This document shows, in pieces, positions 16,346-25,550 of a stretch of 38,448 nt of DNA. This stretch comes from a virus. Lineage: Duplodnaviria; Caudoviricetes. Every line of letters starts with the position of its first letter. The stretch's first letter is position 1. The DNA lies in IMG/VR virus record IMGVR_UViG_3300025267_000042, positions 1 through 38,448 of that record; one strand, written 5' to 3'. A model generated the notes under the pieces. The model did not search any database and had not been told where the DNA came from. It saw only the letters and a list, made by a program, of their open reading frames with translations. A program made the position numbers and the translations under genes.

Positions 16346-18670
16346 ATGCCAGTTACAATTACATTACAAGCAGCTAGTGATGCTGTTATGACTACTAGCA
16401 ATACTAGTAATGGTCTTCCCTTGGAAGATGATGATTTTCGAAAAGTTTATGGTCTTCCTAATATGTATGTGGCAGACGATGCATCATTAGTCGGAGGTGA
16501 TGAGGCTAACACTAGAGACATTACGAGTAGGGTGTATTTTGTAACAGGAGATGAATCTGATCCCGGAGTACGTTGGGATACAATTTTCACTGCTACTCAG
16601 GCTAGGAAAACTGTTACTATTACGGATACTAGTAATATCACTATTTCCACTATACATGCATATACATATTTGAATCATGGTATTGATGCTGATGAGGGAG
16701 GTTGGGGTGGACTTGCCGTTCCAGTAGAGGTTCAAGGTGCTTTAATTACTACTGCGACAAATCATTTTGTTTTTGATGGTATGTACGTTACTCTTGCTAG
16801 TACTAATTCTACTCCAGTAATGAATGGGTATAGGCAGGTTGTAAGAAAAATTAGTCCAACAAGATTTGTTGTAGCTGCACCTTCTGCAATAACTAGTGAT
16901 GGTTCTGCGGGTACTGTAACTCCTAGTAGAAGGTTTATTAAAGGCAGCCTTAACGGTCAAGATAATGTTATTAATGCTCTTGCTACTGGAAATGTAACTA
17001 ATAGTACTCATTATTTACATGAACCTCCTACTACCACGGCTTTTCAATTACGTTGTGAAAGTATTGAGCATGTTGCGGATGATTTAGCTGCAGTAAATCC
17101 TCTTCCTGCATGGGATGTTTCTAGTAGTCAAAAAGCTAATTCCGGTACTCCCGGCCAGTTGAATAATCTTGTTGTAGCATTAGGTATGCGTACTGAAATG
17201 ATTAGAATGTCAGGAGTGTTGGTAGATGACGGCCCAATTACAGCATCTAATCCTCGTAAGCAAGTTTTAATGAATATTGCTCGTATGCAACATTTTAAAA
17301 CAGGGAGAGGAGGGGATAAAGAGAATTGGGGAGGAGTGAATTCTGGACCTCTTAATCCACGTTCTTATCCATGTTTAACTATTTTTGATAGTAATATAGG
17401 AAATTCTACAATTGCTTATAATACCGCAGCTAATCCTACTGTAGTAGTGACTACTACTGCTCATGGATTAAATACAGGAGATGTTGTAACTATAAGTGGA
17501 AGTAATTCTGTCACTCAGATTAATGGAAATTTTACTATTACTAGAGTTGATGATACTTCCTTTACTGTTGCTGCAAATGTCACTACGGCTGGTTCGTTAG
17601 GATATGTAACTGGTCCTAGTCATTCATATAGTCAGCAAATAGGCTTTCAACCCTCTAATAATAATTTACAATATAGAGGACTTATTAAAAGTTTTAGTTT
17701 TAGGCAAGAAGGTGGCCGTCCAAATCAATGGTTTTGGACTTTAGAATTTCAAATTATTGCTAATGAGCATACTACTCTATGGATGGCTGGAGAAGGTGTT
17801 AAAAAAGGTATGCTTCATTGTAATAGAATTAGATTAGTTAGGAGTACGGACGGTACTAGAACAATTTCAGGCAATACAGTAGCCAATCCGACAGTTGTTA
17901 CTACATCCTCTGAACATGGTTTACGTACTGGTGATTCAGTTTCAATTCATGGATCTAATTCCACTCCTGTCATAAATGGAACTTTTGCTGTAACAGTAAT
18001 CAACGACCATTCATTTTCAATTGTCGTGAATGTTACGTCAGCTGGTACTGCAGGTACAGCAGATGTTAGTGCTGCGTATCTAACGGCGGTAGAAAGTGAT
18101 GATTTTCCAACAAGAGCACTTGTTGAGGTTCGTAGTACTAAAGATTTAGCATTTCCTATTAAGAATAAAGCTGGAGGCTTCCGAAGAGGGGTTGAACTTG
18201 CTATAACAAATGGGCAAGAAGTTATAGTTACAGATAGTAACAGTATTCCTACTATTAATGGTAGGTACACTATTGAAGAAGTTAATACTGCGAATAGAAC
18301 AATGATTCTAAAAAATGTTAATCATAATGAGGATGAGCCTGATTTAGGAGTAGTTTGGACTGAGGAGACTAATCCTTCAGCCTCTACCGATTGGACTGAT
18401 GGTAGTAACTGTTATTTAATTGCAACTCCTTCAGAGGTATTACCAGCTGATCAAGAAGCTGCTAATAAATTACATAATGAGACAGGAATAACTAGGCAAT
18501 TTAGAATGGATGAAATGCCTACTCCTGCAGCTATTGAAGCTGCTTTGGCACAAAAACGAAGAGAGGAAGGGACTACTGTGTGGTTAGATCCAAGTGGGGA
18601 TGAATGGGAAGACAATACAGAACTAGATAAATTACATGATCCACAGTTGCTTAGTTTACCTGACGAATAG
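16346..18670 (+). CDS. Distal tail/baseplate protein with 3-4 inserted repeat modules
   Basis: Immediately after the tape measure. Core is paralogous to 18714..19712. Contains ANPT..TT..HGL.TGD.V.I.GSNS...ING modules. Confidence 0.65.
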   Translation: MPVTITLQAASDAVMTTSNTSNGLPLEDDDFRKVYGLPNMYVADDASLVGGDEANTRDITSRVYFVTGDESDPGVRWDTIFTATQARKTVTITDTSNITISTIHAYTYLNHGIDADEGGWGGLAVPVEVQGALITTATNHFVFDGMYVTLASTNSTPVMNGYRQVVRKISPTRFVVAAPSAITSDGSAGTVTPSRRFIKGSLNGQDNVINALATGNVTNSTHYLHEPPTTTAFQLRCESIEHVADDLAAVNPLPAWDVSSSQKANSGTPGQLNNLVVALGMRTEMIRMSGVLVDDGPITASNPRKQVLMNIARMQHFKTGRGGDKENWGGVNSGPLNPRSYPCLTIFDSNIGNSTIAYNTAANPTVVVTTTAHGLNTGDVVTISGSNSVTQINGNFTITRVDDTSFTVAANVTTAGSLGYVTGPSHSYSQQIGFQPSNNNLQYRGLIKSFSFRQEGGRPNQWFWTLEFQIIANEHTTLWMAGEGVKKGMLHCNRIRLVRSTDGTRTISGNTVANPTVVTTSSEHGLRTGDSVSIHGSNSTPVINGTFAVTVINDHSFSIVVNVTSAGTAGTADVSAAYLTAVESDDFPTRALVEVRSTKDLAFPIKNKAGGFRRGVELAITNGQEVIVTDSNSIPTINGRYTIEEVNTANRTMILKNVNHNEDEPDLGVVWTEETNPSASTDWTDGSNCYLIATPSEVLPADQEAANKLHNETGITRQFRMDEMPTPAAIEAALAQKRREEGTTVWLDPSGDEWEDNTELDKLHDPQLLSLPDE

Positions 18671-18713
18671 GTTAGTCTCCTTTCAAAGTATTTTAAATTA
18701 TATAGGATAAATT

Positions 18714-19712
18714 ATGGTAACTCCTAATCTTTATCAAAATCGGGAACATAATCTAACTGTTCGTATTATATTAAGTGCAGCATTTGATCCTAATCGACCA
18801 GATGTAGCGGATGATTTTATTAATGATTCGTTTATACCTGCTGCTCGATGGAGATCTAAAATTTATACTGCTAGTAGTGTAAGTTCTGGCGGTATGGAAG
18901 AAGCTCCCAATCATTTTCAAGATGAAGTTCCTTATAGTATTAGGCAAAAAACGTTGGGCGGTGCAACACTCTTTAATAAATCGGCTGCTGTTTCATCTAA
19001 GAATACTAGTAACTCTGATGATACTAATGATAAAAGAAATACTAATGAATTAACTGTGGCGAATGAATTTGAATTAGACGCTAGTAATATTACTCATACT
19101 TTTCAGTCTCTTACAGCAGTCGGTCCTTTGCCGGGTATGCCACGAAGGGCTATGGAGGACTATAAAGATACTGCTCAATTAACTGCTATGGCTATTGATC
19201 TTGGTATGATAAGGGAGATTATTTCTGTTCAAGGTGTTCTTATAGATCGACCTAATCACCCTAATAGTGAAAGTGGGCATCATGTACGTCGTCAACATCT
19301 TTTAGATTTACTTCGAACACAGTATGCTTTTGTGCATGGTATTAATAGAACTAGGAAAGATCCTTGGCAAAATATTAATAGATTTCCAGCTTTAACTATA
19401 GGTGCTATGAGTAATCGTGATACGGGAGCTGCTGGAGATCGTTCTTATGAAGGTGATCAGCCTAGTAATGATCCTAGAGGCATAGCTCGTACAGGTGCTA
19501 GAGATATTGCTCAAGTTATGGATGCTAGAAGAAGAAATGTGTCTTATCCTGAGTATTCATGGGTTCCAAAGCCTACATATGCAGGACGTAATAGATATAG
19601 AGGATTAATGCGAAGATTGACAGTAAAAAATGAAGGTGGTAGACCTGATATATGGAATTATTCTTTTGAATTTGTAGTTATTAAAAATGAAATGCAACAG
19701 AGGGTAATATAA
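18714..19712 (+). CDS. Distal tail/baseplate protein, paralogue of the 16346..18670 core
   Basis: Shared blocks AV.PLP, QL......LGM..E.I...GVL.D, R.Q.L, P.LTI, YRGL......EGGRP..W...EF..I.NE. Confidence 0.65.
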   Translation: MVTPNLYQNREHNLTVRIILSAAFDPNRPDVADDFINDSFIPAARWRSKIYTASSVSSGGMEEAPNHFQDEVPYSIRQKTLGGATLFNKSAAVSSKNTSNSDDTNDKRNTNELTVANEFELDASNITHTFQSLTAVGPLPGMPRRAMEDYKDTAQLTAMAIDLGMIREIISVQGVLIDRPNHPNSESGHHVRRQHLLDLLRTQYAFVHGINRTRKDPWQNINRFPALTIGAMSNRDTGAAGDRSYEGDQPSNDPRGIARTGARDIAQVMDARRRNVSYPEYSWVPKPTYAGRNRYRGLMRRLTVKNEGGRPDIWNYSFEFVVIKNEMQQRVI

Positions 19713-19715
19713 TTA

Positions 19716-22700
19716 ATGGCTGAATCTTTAGCTGGTGCATATTTTCAGTTTTCTGAATCTCTTAAATTAGATAGGACTGTTCAAGAACGTTGGATAACTG
19801 ATCCATATTTTTTAAGTTATGCATTAATAGATAGTTTAGGTACTAGAAGTCGAGTATTGCGTGTAACGTTATCTAATCCTAAAAATGCTAGAAGTGACAG
19901 TTGGTATCCTCCTATGGTTCGTGTTCGTCTTATGGAAGATTTCGGAGTAGTAGCATTTTTAGGAAGAGTTGTATCCGTGGAGCCTCAGTATGCAGCTAAT
20001 ACAGTAATACTTACGTGTAGAGATTTTTTGGATGATATTTCTGATCATACTGTTGAAGCAGCGGAAACTGATGGAGTTATAACAGGTGTTACTCGTAATT
20101 ACCTTATTGATACGATATTAAATAATGATACATATAAACCTACTAAAGGTGGAGATACAGAACGTACTCTTGTTCGTAGATTACAAATGGATAATTCTGC
20201 TTATTGTGAACAGATAAGTAGAACTTATGGTCAAAAAGGTAATTTTCAGACTCAATCAGGACAGTCTGGAGCAGATTTTGAGTATAGAGGTGTTAAAACT
20301 GGGTTAGAAGCACTTTCTGAAATTGCTACTGAAGATGCACAACAAGATTTAATGGCTTTTTACTATCATCCAACGCCAACAGATCCAACTACATATGCTC
20401 ATACTAGTAATCCCCAAGGAAAACCTCGTACATATTGGACTGATTTAACTAGAGACATAGTTGATGGTCAATCTCACTTTGTTACACCTCAACTTGCAGA
20501 AGATACTCAATATCCACAAGATGCGGATATCTTATATTTTGGTAGTAATAGTAAATTTGACGGTCTTAGGTATACGTTTGTTACGCATGGAGCAGATATT
20601 GAGAATGGAGCCTATGGAGGTAATTTACAGTGGCAATTTTGGAATGGTAGGGTGTGGACTAATTTTACTCCTACTGCAGATGCTGAATTTGGATTAGATT
20701 CGGGTAAGATTTATGGAACTGTATATTGGACAGTTGCTAATTTAACTGGATGGTCTAAGAGAGATCTTGGTTCTACTCCCGATATGCATACTGCGAATGA
20801 TCCTAATATTGCTATTCCTCCTCCGTGGGCTACTAGCGGTAGTATAACCAGTACTACAGTTAATAGTGATGCTATTTCTATAATGGACCATGCAGACGAG
20901 CTTAGAACGACTAATAGACATTGGGTTAGAGTATATGTTCGTACTGGTAGCATAACTGTTGGTAAGATAAATACTGTTGATTTTTACACAAAACCTAAGT
21001 TATTTCATGATTTTAGATGTGAAGATCCATTATTCTTTAATGAAGTGTGGAGATATCAACACAATGTTACTTCTACCGGATGGCCTGTAGGTAGGGAGGG
21101 TCCGGGAGGAATTTGGGATTCTTTAAATACTATAGATGGTAGAGTAGGGGTCGGGGATCGATTATTATGGGATTCTAATGATAATGTTACGCCATTTTTA
21201 AATCGTAGAAATCAAACAATGTATTTTGGTTTAGATTATCCATTTAATGGTATTCAATTTCATGCAAGGCAAATAAATCCTCCAGATTATTCGAATGTAG
21301 ACATGGTTTGGCAGTGGTTTAGCAATTGGCATTCTTTTTATTATGGTAGGGATGAAGGATGGCAAACTATATCTGGTTTAACAATCTCTGGAAATACTGT
21401 TGCTAATCCTACAGTTATAACTACAGAACGTCATAATCTTGGTACTGGAGATACTGTTACTATTTCTGGTTCTAATAGTACTCCAACTATTAATGGAACT
21501 CATACTATAACGTATATAAGTGCTACAACGTTTTCTATCGCAGTAAATGTAACTACAGCAGGTACTGCAGGACATGTTATCTGTGATGATCGTATTACTC
21601 AATCTTCAAAAATGATGGCTACCGGAGATGCTTCATGGATGCAAGATATTGGATTAAATGATGATTTAGAAGATTATTATCTCGATGTACGGTGGGATAC
21701 TTCCAAACCATTCCTAGATTTAGCTTATGATCTTGATATTGATGAATTAGATAATAGACATATTTTAGAAGATTACCCATTTGATGATAGAGTTTCTCTG
21801 AAGAGTTATGGCACAGCTAAAAGATCAAGTGATTGGGATAGTGGCGTTGCTATGGGGATTAATAATATCTCAGTTGCTAATCCAACGGTAATCACTACTG
21901 CTGCAGGATCTGGAGGATCTACTGCAAACCATAATTTGCGAACTGGAGATCGCATATTTATTAGAGGCTCTGACTCTACTCCATCTATAGATGGTTGGCA
22001 TGTTATAACTAATATTGTTGATGGTGACGGTGTAATTACAAGTTTTAATACTTTTACTATTGATGTAAATGTTACAACAGCAGGAGATGCTGGACAGGTA
22101 TTAGCTACTACTCTTCCTCCTAATGATAAGAATTTATATTGGGTTCGTTGTTACTATAAATTACAGAATGCTGCCGATCTTTATCCTAAGCGTGAGGCAG
22201 AACTTATTGATGTTCAAACTTCACCTGTAGGGTCTTTAAAATATTTTAGTAGGGGTAAAGAACCTTGGAATACTAATTCCAATTTAACAGCTGGGGGAAC
22301 CGTTGCTAGTAGGGATGTAGAGTATTGTTATCGATATGATACGTCAGCTAGTGCTGGTTCTAAATTTACTAATTATAGTGAAGAAATAAAGTCAACTACT
22401 TCGGGTACAAGTCTACAAATAACAGGAAATACTGTAGCAAATCCAACAATTGTGACTACTACAGGAGTAGCTTTAACTATTTCTAGTAATTCAGTAGCAG
22501 ATGAAACTGTTATTACTACAAGTGCTGCACATGGATTAAGTACTGGAGATCTTGTAGTAATTGCAGATACTAATTCTACTCCTACTATTGATGATACTTA
22601 TTCAATTGTAGTTTTAAGCACAACTACTTTTTCAGTTGAGCGTGAAGTCACAAGTGCGGGTAGTGCAGGAACAGCAACCCCTATTGTTTTTCATGATCTT

Positions 22701-25265
22701 ACTACAGGGCATAGCGTTACTATTACAGGGTCTAATTCTACTCCATCTCTAAATGGTACTCATACTGTTACTGTTCTTAGTACTACTACTTTTTCCATTG
22801 CTGTTAATGTAACTGTGGCAGGTACAGCAGGTACAGTAGTTCCCGCAAAAGTTACTGCAATGGACAATGGACAGGTGGGAGATGCTATTTATTTTGGTAT
22901 GACAGAGCCATTTACTGTATTACGTTTGAATGTTAGTGATGCGTTAAGTTCTTCGTCTACGGGATATAGTAATATTACTTGGGAATATTACAGAGGATAT
23001 ACGACTGACAATTGGGCGGAGCTTAACCATACAGATTTTACTGGTGATCTTTCAACTACTGGTACTAATGAGGTTGTGTTTATCAGGCCAGTAGATTGGG
23101 AGCCATGTCAGCCGGGTGTTAAAGAAGCAAATGGAACTGATCAATATTTTGGAAATACTGCTTATTATGTACGAGCTAGAATAAGTAGTAATACCAATAC
23201 TGCAGCTACTTCTACAGCACAGATTGTTCAAGGTTTAACAGGTCCAAAGTTATGGCTTCCAGAGATGGAAGTTGGAACTATTTCTGGAGTTACTTCTAAT
23301 AGATTTTCTACTCCCTTAACCTATGGTCTATCTTTAGTTGAGGGGGAAAATACAACTGATCAAGCTCAACCTGTTGTTAGTTACTCATTAAGAGAAAAAC
23401 CTATAGATTTTGTAAATAAAGTTGTTGTTAGAGGACAAGCAGGGGCTTATGGCACAGTTCAAGATGATGATCTTATAGCAAGTTACGGGATTATTAAAGA
23501 AAAAGTAATAGATGATTCTTCTCTTGTTAACTCTTTACAGTGTGAAACACGAGCAATAGCTCTTTTAGAGCAATATAAACCAGTAGCAGGGGTAGCTGCT
23601 ACTAGTAGTTTTAGAGAATGTCGAATTAGATTGTCTCAGCCTCCTGTTTATTCTTATTTAAAACGACCACAGTTTTTACGAGCTGGAGATAGAGTTAATG
23701 TAACTCTGAATTCTGCTGATATTGTTCAAGAAGATTGGTTAGTTTATACAATACAGTGTACATATAGTGAGGAATCTGCGTGGGTTTGTGAACTTCTTCT
23801 TTTTAGAGATTTAACATCAGTAGCTGAAACAGGCTCTAGTGAAAATAGAATTATTAGAGATTTAGCTAATCGTAGTAGGGAAACAGCTAATGCAGCGTTC
23901 CAACCTATGGATAAAGCTGTTGCATCAGGGTTAGATTTTGTACCAGAAGGTCCGGGTCGCTTTGTAGGAAGGGAGGAATTTGGTGCTGTTGGAACTTCCT
24001 TAAATATCTATCCGCAAGGTGGCAGTACTATAGGTGATTATACTGGTGAATTTTGGTGGACTCGAAAATTATATTCTAATCATAATACTAAAGAAACTAT
24101 TTCTAAAGATCTTATGCGGGTAGATCTCTCTGGTCTTCATCCTGATGAAGCAGGAGTTTCTCTTGGAGGAGCGGGATTAGGATTAATTGCTAGAGATAAA
24201 AATACCAATGGAACTCCAGATTTTCACCCTGCTAATGATGAAGCTACATTATATTTACGTAATTCAGCAACTAATACTGAAGGATCTGGTTTATATCTAG
24301 CACATAGAGATATTTTTAACTCTGGTAATACTTATGATGAGTGGAATACAGATACTCCGAAGATAAATGCTGAAGTTATGACCGGATTCACTGGATTTGT
24401 GGATCATAATACTTTAGGTGATGATGGGTTATTTACTATTACTTTACCTAGTTTAGATTCTATTCCATTGATTTTTACTGCAATTTGCGGTCATGAAGGT
24501 TTATCAGGGACTCCCGGTAATAATGTGAATGCTACTTGCAATGTTAGGCGTTGGACTACTGCATCTGCAGGATCTTGGAGTTATGTAAGTAATTCAGTTA
24601 GTAATCCTACAACTGTATTTATAAATGCTGTTCATAATTTAAGTGCAGGAGATGTTGTTCAAATTTCAGGCGTTACTGGAGGAACACCATCTATTAATGG
24701 TACACATACCATTATTGCAGCTAGTGGCAATAGTTTAACTCTTAATTTAAATGTGACTGTTGCTGGAAGTGGTAGTGGAACGGTTACAGGTATTGGTAAA
24801 TATACTGCTGCTGAGATGCAAGTAGCTGTATACCCCAATAATTTAATGACTTCCTCTACAGATGTACGTGGTATATCTAATATATCAGTTGCTAATCCAA
24901 CCATAATAACTGTTAATGGTTCTATGAATAATAATGAAGGTGTTTGGATTTATGGTAGTAATTCTACTCCAAAAATTGATGGTTTATATACACTAAGTGG
25001 TAAGGCCGATATAGGGGGAGGAAATTATACCTTTGCTCTAAATAGCTTTAATACTTCTGTTTTTCCTGTAAATGTTACTTCATCCGGATCAGCAGGTACT
25101 ATTATACGAGCACTTCATGGGCATGAATTTGATCAGGCTGCCTTTTATGATTATTCTGATAATAGTCCTGCTATCGGTGTTATGTATATGGTAGTATTTA
25201 ATTCAGGTAAAAATACTACAGGACTGAATTCTCACTTTAGTGCAAATCATACGGATCATGGATAG
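19716..25265 (+). CDS. Large baseplate hub/tail tip protein with many inserted domains
   Basis: Hub-like N-terminus (FLGRVVSVEP...VILTCRDFLDDISD) and later hub-like segment (FVNKVVVRG...IASYGIIKEKVIDD...RAIALL...LRAGDRVNV). Three YFG...W[E/Q] domains lie between them. Six ANPT-type modules in total. Confidence 0.7.
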   Translation: MAESLAGAYFQFSESLKLDRTVQERWITDPYFLSYALIDSLGTRSRVLRVTLSNPKNARSDSWYPPMVRVRLMEDFGVVAFLGRVVSVEPQYAANTVILTCRDFLDDISDHTVEAAETDGVITGVTRNYLIDTILNNDTYKPTKGGDTERTLVRRLQMDNSAYCEQISRTYGQKGNFQTQSGQSGADFEYRGVKTGLEALSEIATEDAQQDLMAFYYHPTPTDPTTYAHTSNPQGKPRTYWTDLTRDIVDGQSHFVTPQLAEDTQYPQDADILYFGSNSKFDGLRYTFVTHGADIENGAYGGNLQWQFWNGRVWTNFTPTADAEFGLDSGKIYGTVYWTVANLTGWSKRDLGSTPDMHTANDPNIAIPPPWATSGSITSTTVNSDAISIMDHADELRTTNRHWVRVYVRTGSITVGKINTVDFYTKPKLFHDFRCEDPLFFNEVWRYQHNVTSTGWPVGREGPGGIWDSLNTIDGRVGVGDRLLWDSNDNVTPFLNRRNQTMYFGLDYPFNGIQFHARQINPPDYSNVDMVWQWFSNWHSFYYGRDEGWQTISGLTISGNTVANPTVITTERHNLGTGDTVTISGSNSTPTINGTHTITYISATTFSIAVNVTTAGTAGHVICDDRITQSSKMMATGDASWMQDIGLNDDLEDYYLDVRWDTSKPFLDLAYDLDIDELDNRHILEDYPFDDRVSLKSYGTAKRSSDWDSGVAMGINNISVANPTVITTAAGSGGSTANHNLRTGDRIFIRGSDSTPSIDGWHVITNIVDGDGVITSFNTFTIDVNVTTAGDAGQVLATTLPPNDKNLYWVRCYYKLQNAADLYPKREAELIDVQTSPVGSLKYFSRGKEPWNTNSNLTAGGTVASRDVEYCYRYDTSASAGSKFTNYSEEIKSTTSGTSLQITGNTVANPTIVTTTGVALTISSNSVADETVITTSAAHGLSTGDLVVIADTNSTPTIDDTYSIVVLSTTTFSVEREVTSAGSAGTATPIVFHDLTTGHSVTITGSNSTPSLNGTHTVTVLSTTTFSIAVNVTVAGTAGTVVPAKVTAMDNGQVGDAIYFGMTEPFTVLRLNVSDALSSSSTGYSNITWEYYRGYTTDNWAELNHTDFTGDLSTTGTNEVVFIRPVDWEPCQPGVKEANGTDQYFGNTAYYVRARISSNTNTAATSTAQIVQGLTGPKLWLPEMEVGTISGVTSNRFSTPLTYGLSLVEGENTTDQAQPVVSYSLREKPIDFVNKVVVRGQAGAYGTVQDDDLIASYGIIKEKVIDDSSLVNSLQCETRAIALLEQYKPVAGVAATSSFRECRIRLSQPPVYSYLKRPQFLRAGDRVNVTLNSADIVQEDWLVYTIQCTYSEESAWVCELLLFRDLTSVAETGSSENRIIRDLANRSRETANAAFQPMDKAVASGLDFVPEGPGRFVGREEFGAVGTSLNIYPQGGSTIGDYTGEFWWTRKLYSNHNTKETISKDLMRVDLSGLHPDEAGVSLGGAGLGLIARDKNTNGTPDFHPANDEATLYLRNSATNTEGSGLYLAHRDIFNSGNTYDEWNTDTPKINAEVMTGFTGFVDHNTLGDDGLFTITLPSLDSIPLIFTAICGHEGLSGTPGNNVNATCNVRRWTTASAGSWSYVSNSVSNPTTVFINAVHNLSAGDVVQISGVTGGTPSINGTHTIIAASGNSLTLNLNVTVAGSGSGTVTGIGKYTAAEMQVAVYPNNLMTSSTDVRGISNISVANPTIITVNGSMNNNEGVWIYGSNSTPKIDGLYTLSGKADIGGGNYTFALNSFNTSVFPVNVTSSGSAGTIIRALHGHEFDQAAFYDYSDNSPAIGVMYMVVFNSGKNTTGLNSHFSANHTDHG

Positions 25266-25270
25266 AAATT

Positions 25271-25480
25271 ATGTTAGCAAGTTATCCTTATCTTCAAGAA
25301 CCTTCCGCTGATTTTATAGTTCGTATTGCTAAAGATGCTGATTTATCTAATTTAAAATTATATACAGTTACTAATACTTCTAAGTCATATATTATAGTTG
25401 CTACAAGTTATGAAGAAGCGTTAACAGTAGCAGGTTTTATTGACTCAGAGACTACTAAAATTTCAGAGGAACCTTATTAA
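25271..25480 (+). CDS. Hypothetical protein; paralogue of 12558..12851
   Basis: Motif KLYTV...IVATSYEEALTVAGFID; fills the gap at the end of the tail module. Confidence 0.65.
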   Translation: MLASYPYLQEPSADFIVRIAKDADLSNLKLYTVTNTSKSYIIVATSYEEALTVAGFIDSETTKISEEPY

Positions 25481-25489
25481 AATTCACGC

Positions 25490-25519
25490 TTGACTTAGGA
25501 TTAGGTTTAGTGATATTAT
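25490..25519 (+). promoter_or_regulatory. Sigma70-type promoter for the replication operon
   Basis: TTGACT (25490-25495), 18-nt spacer, TATTAT (25514-25519) with TG at 25511-25512; AAGGAAAGG RBS downstream. Confidence 0.7.
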
Positions 25520-25550
25520 ATCTTTCCACTAAAAAAAAGGAAAGGTATTA

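Noticed and set aside
59-24904. Short alternative-frame and minus-strand ORFs in the structural region (e.g. 59..244, 297..485, 930..1286, 7000..7260, 12539..12949, 15898..16116, 17947..18270, 20461..20697, 24659..24904)
   Set aside because: They lie wholly or largely within longer + strand genes with coherent motifs. They are shadows of biased codon usage and lack RBSs or recognisable domains.
16730-25106. Inteins or a ubiquitin-like conjugation system as the explanation for the repeated module
   Set aside because: No C/S...HN splice junctions and far too short for inteins. No E1 adenylation, E2 or Ubl genes; any FCCH similarity is at the fold level only.
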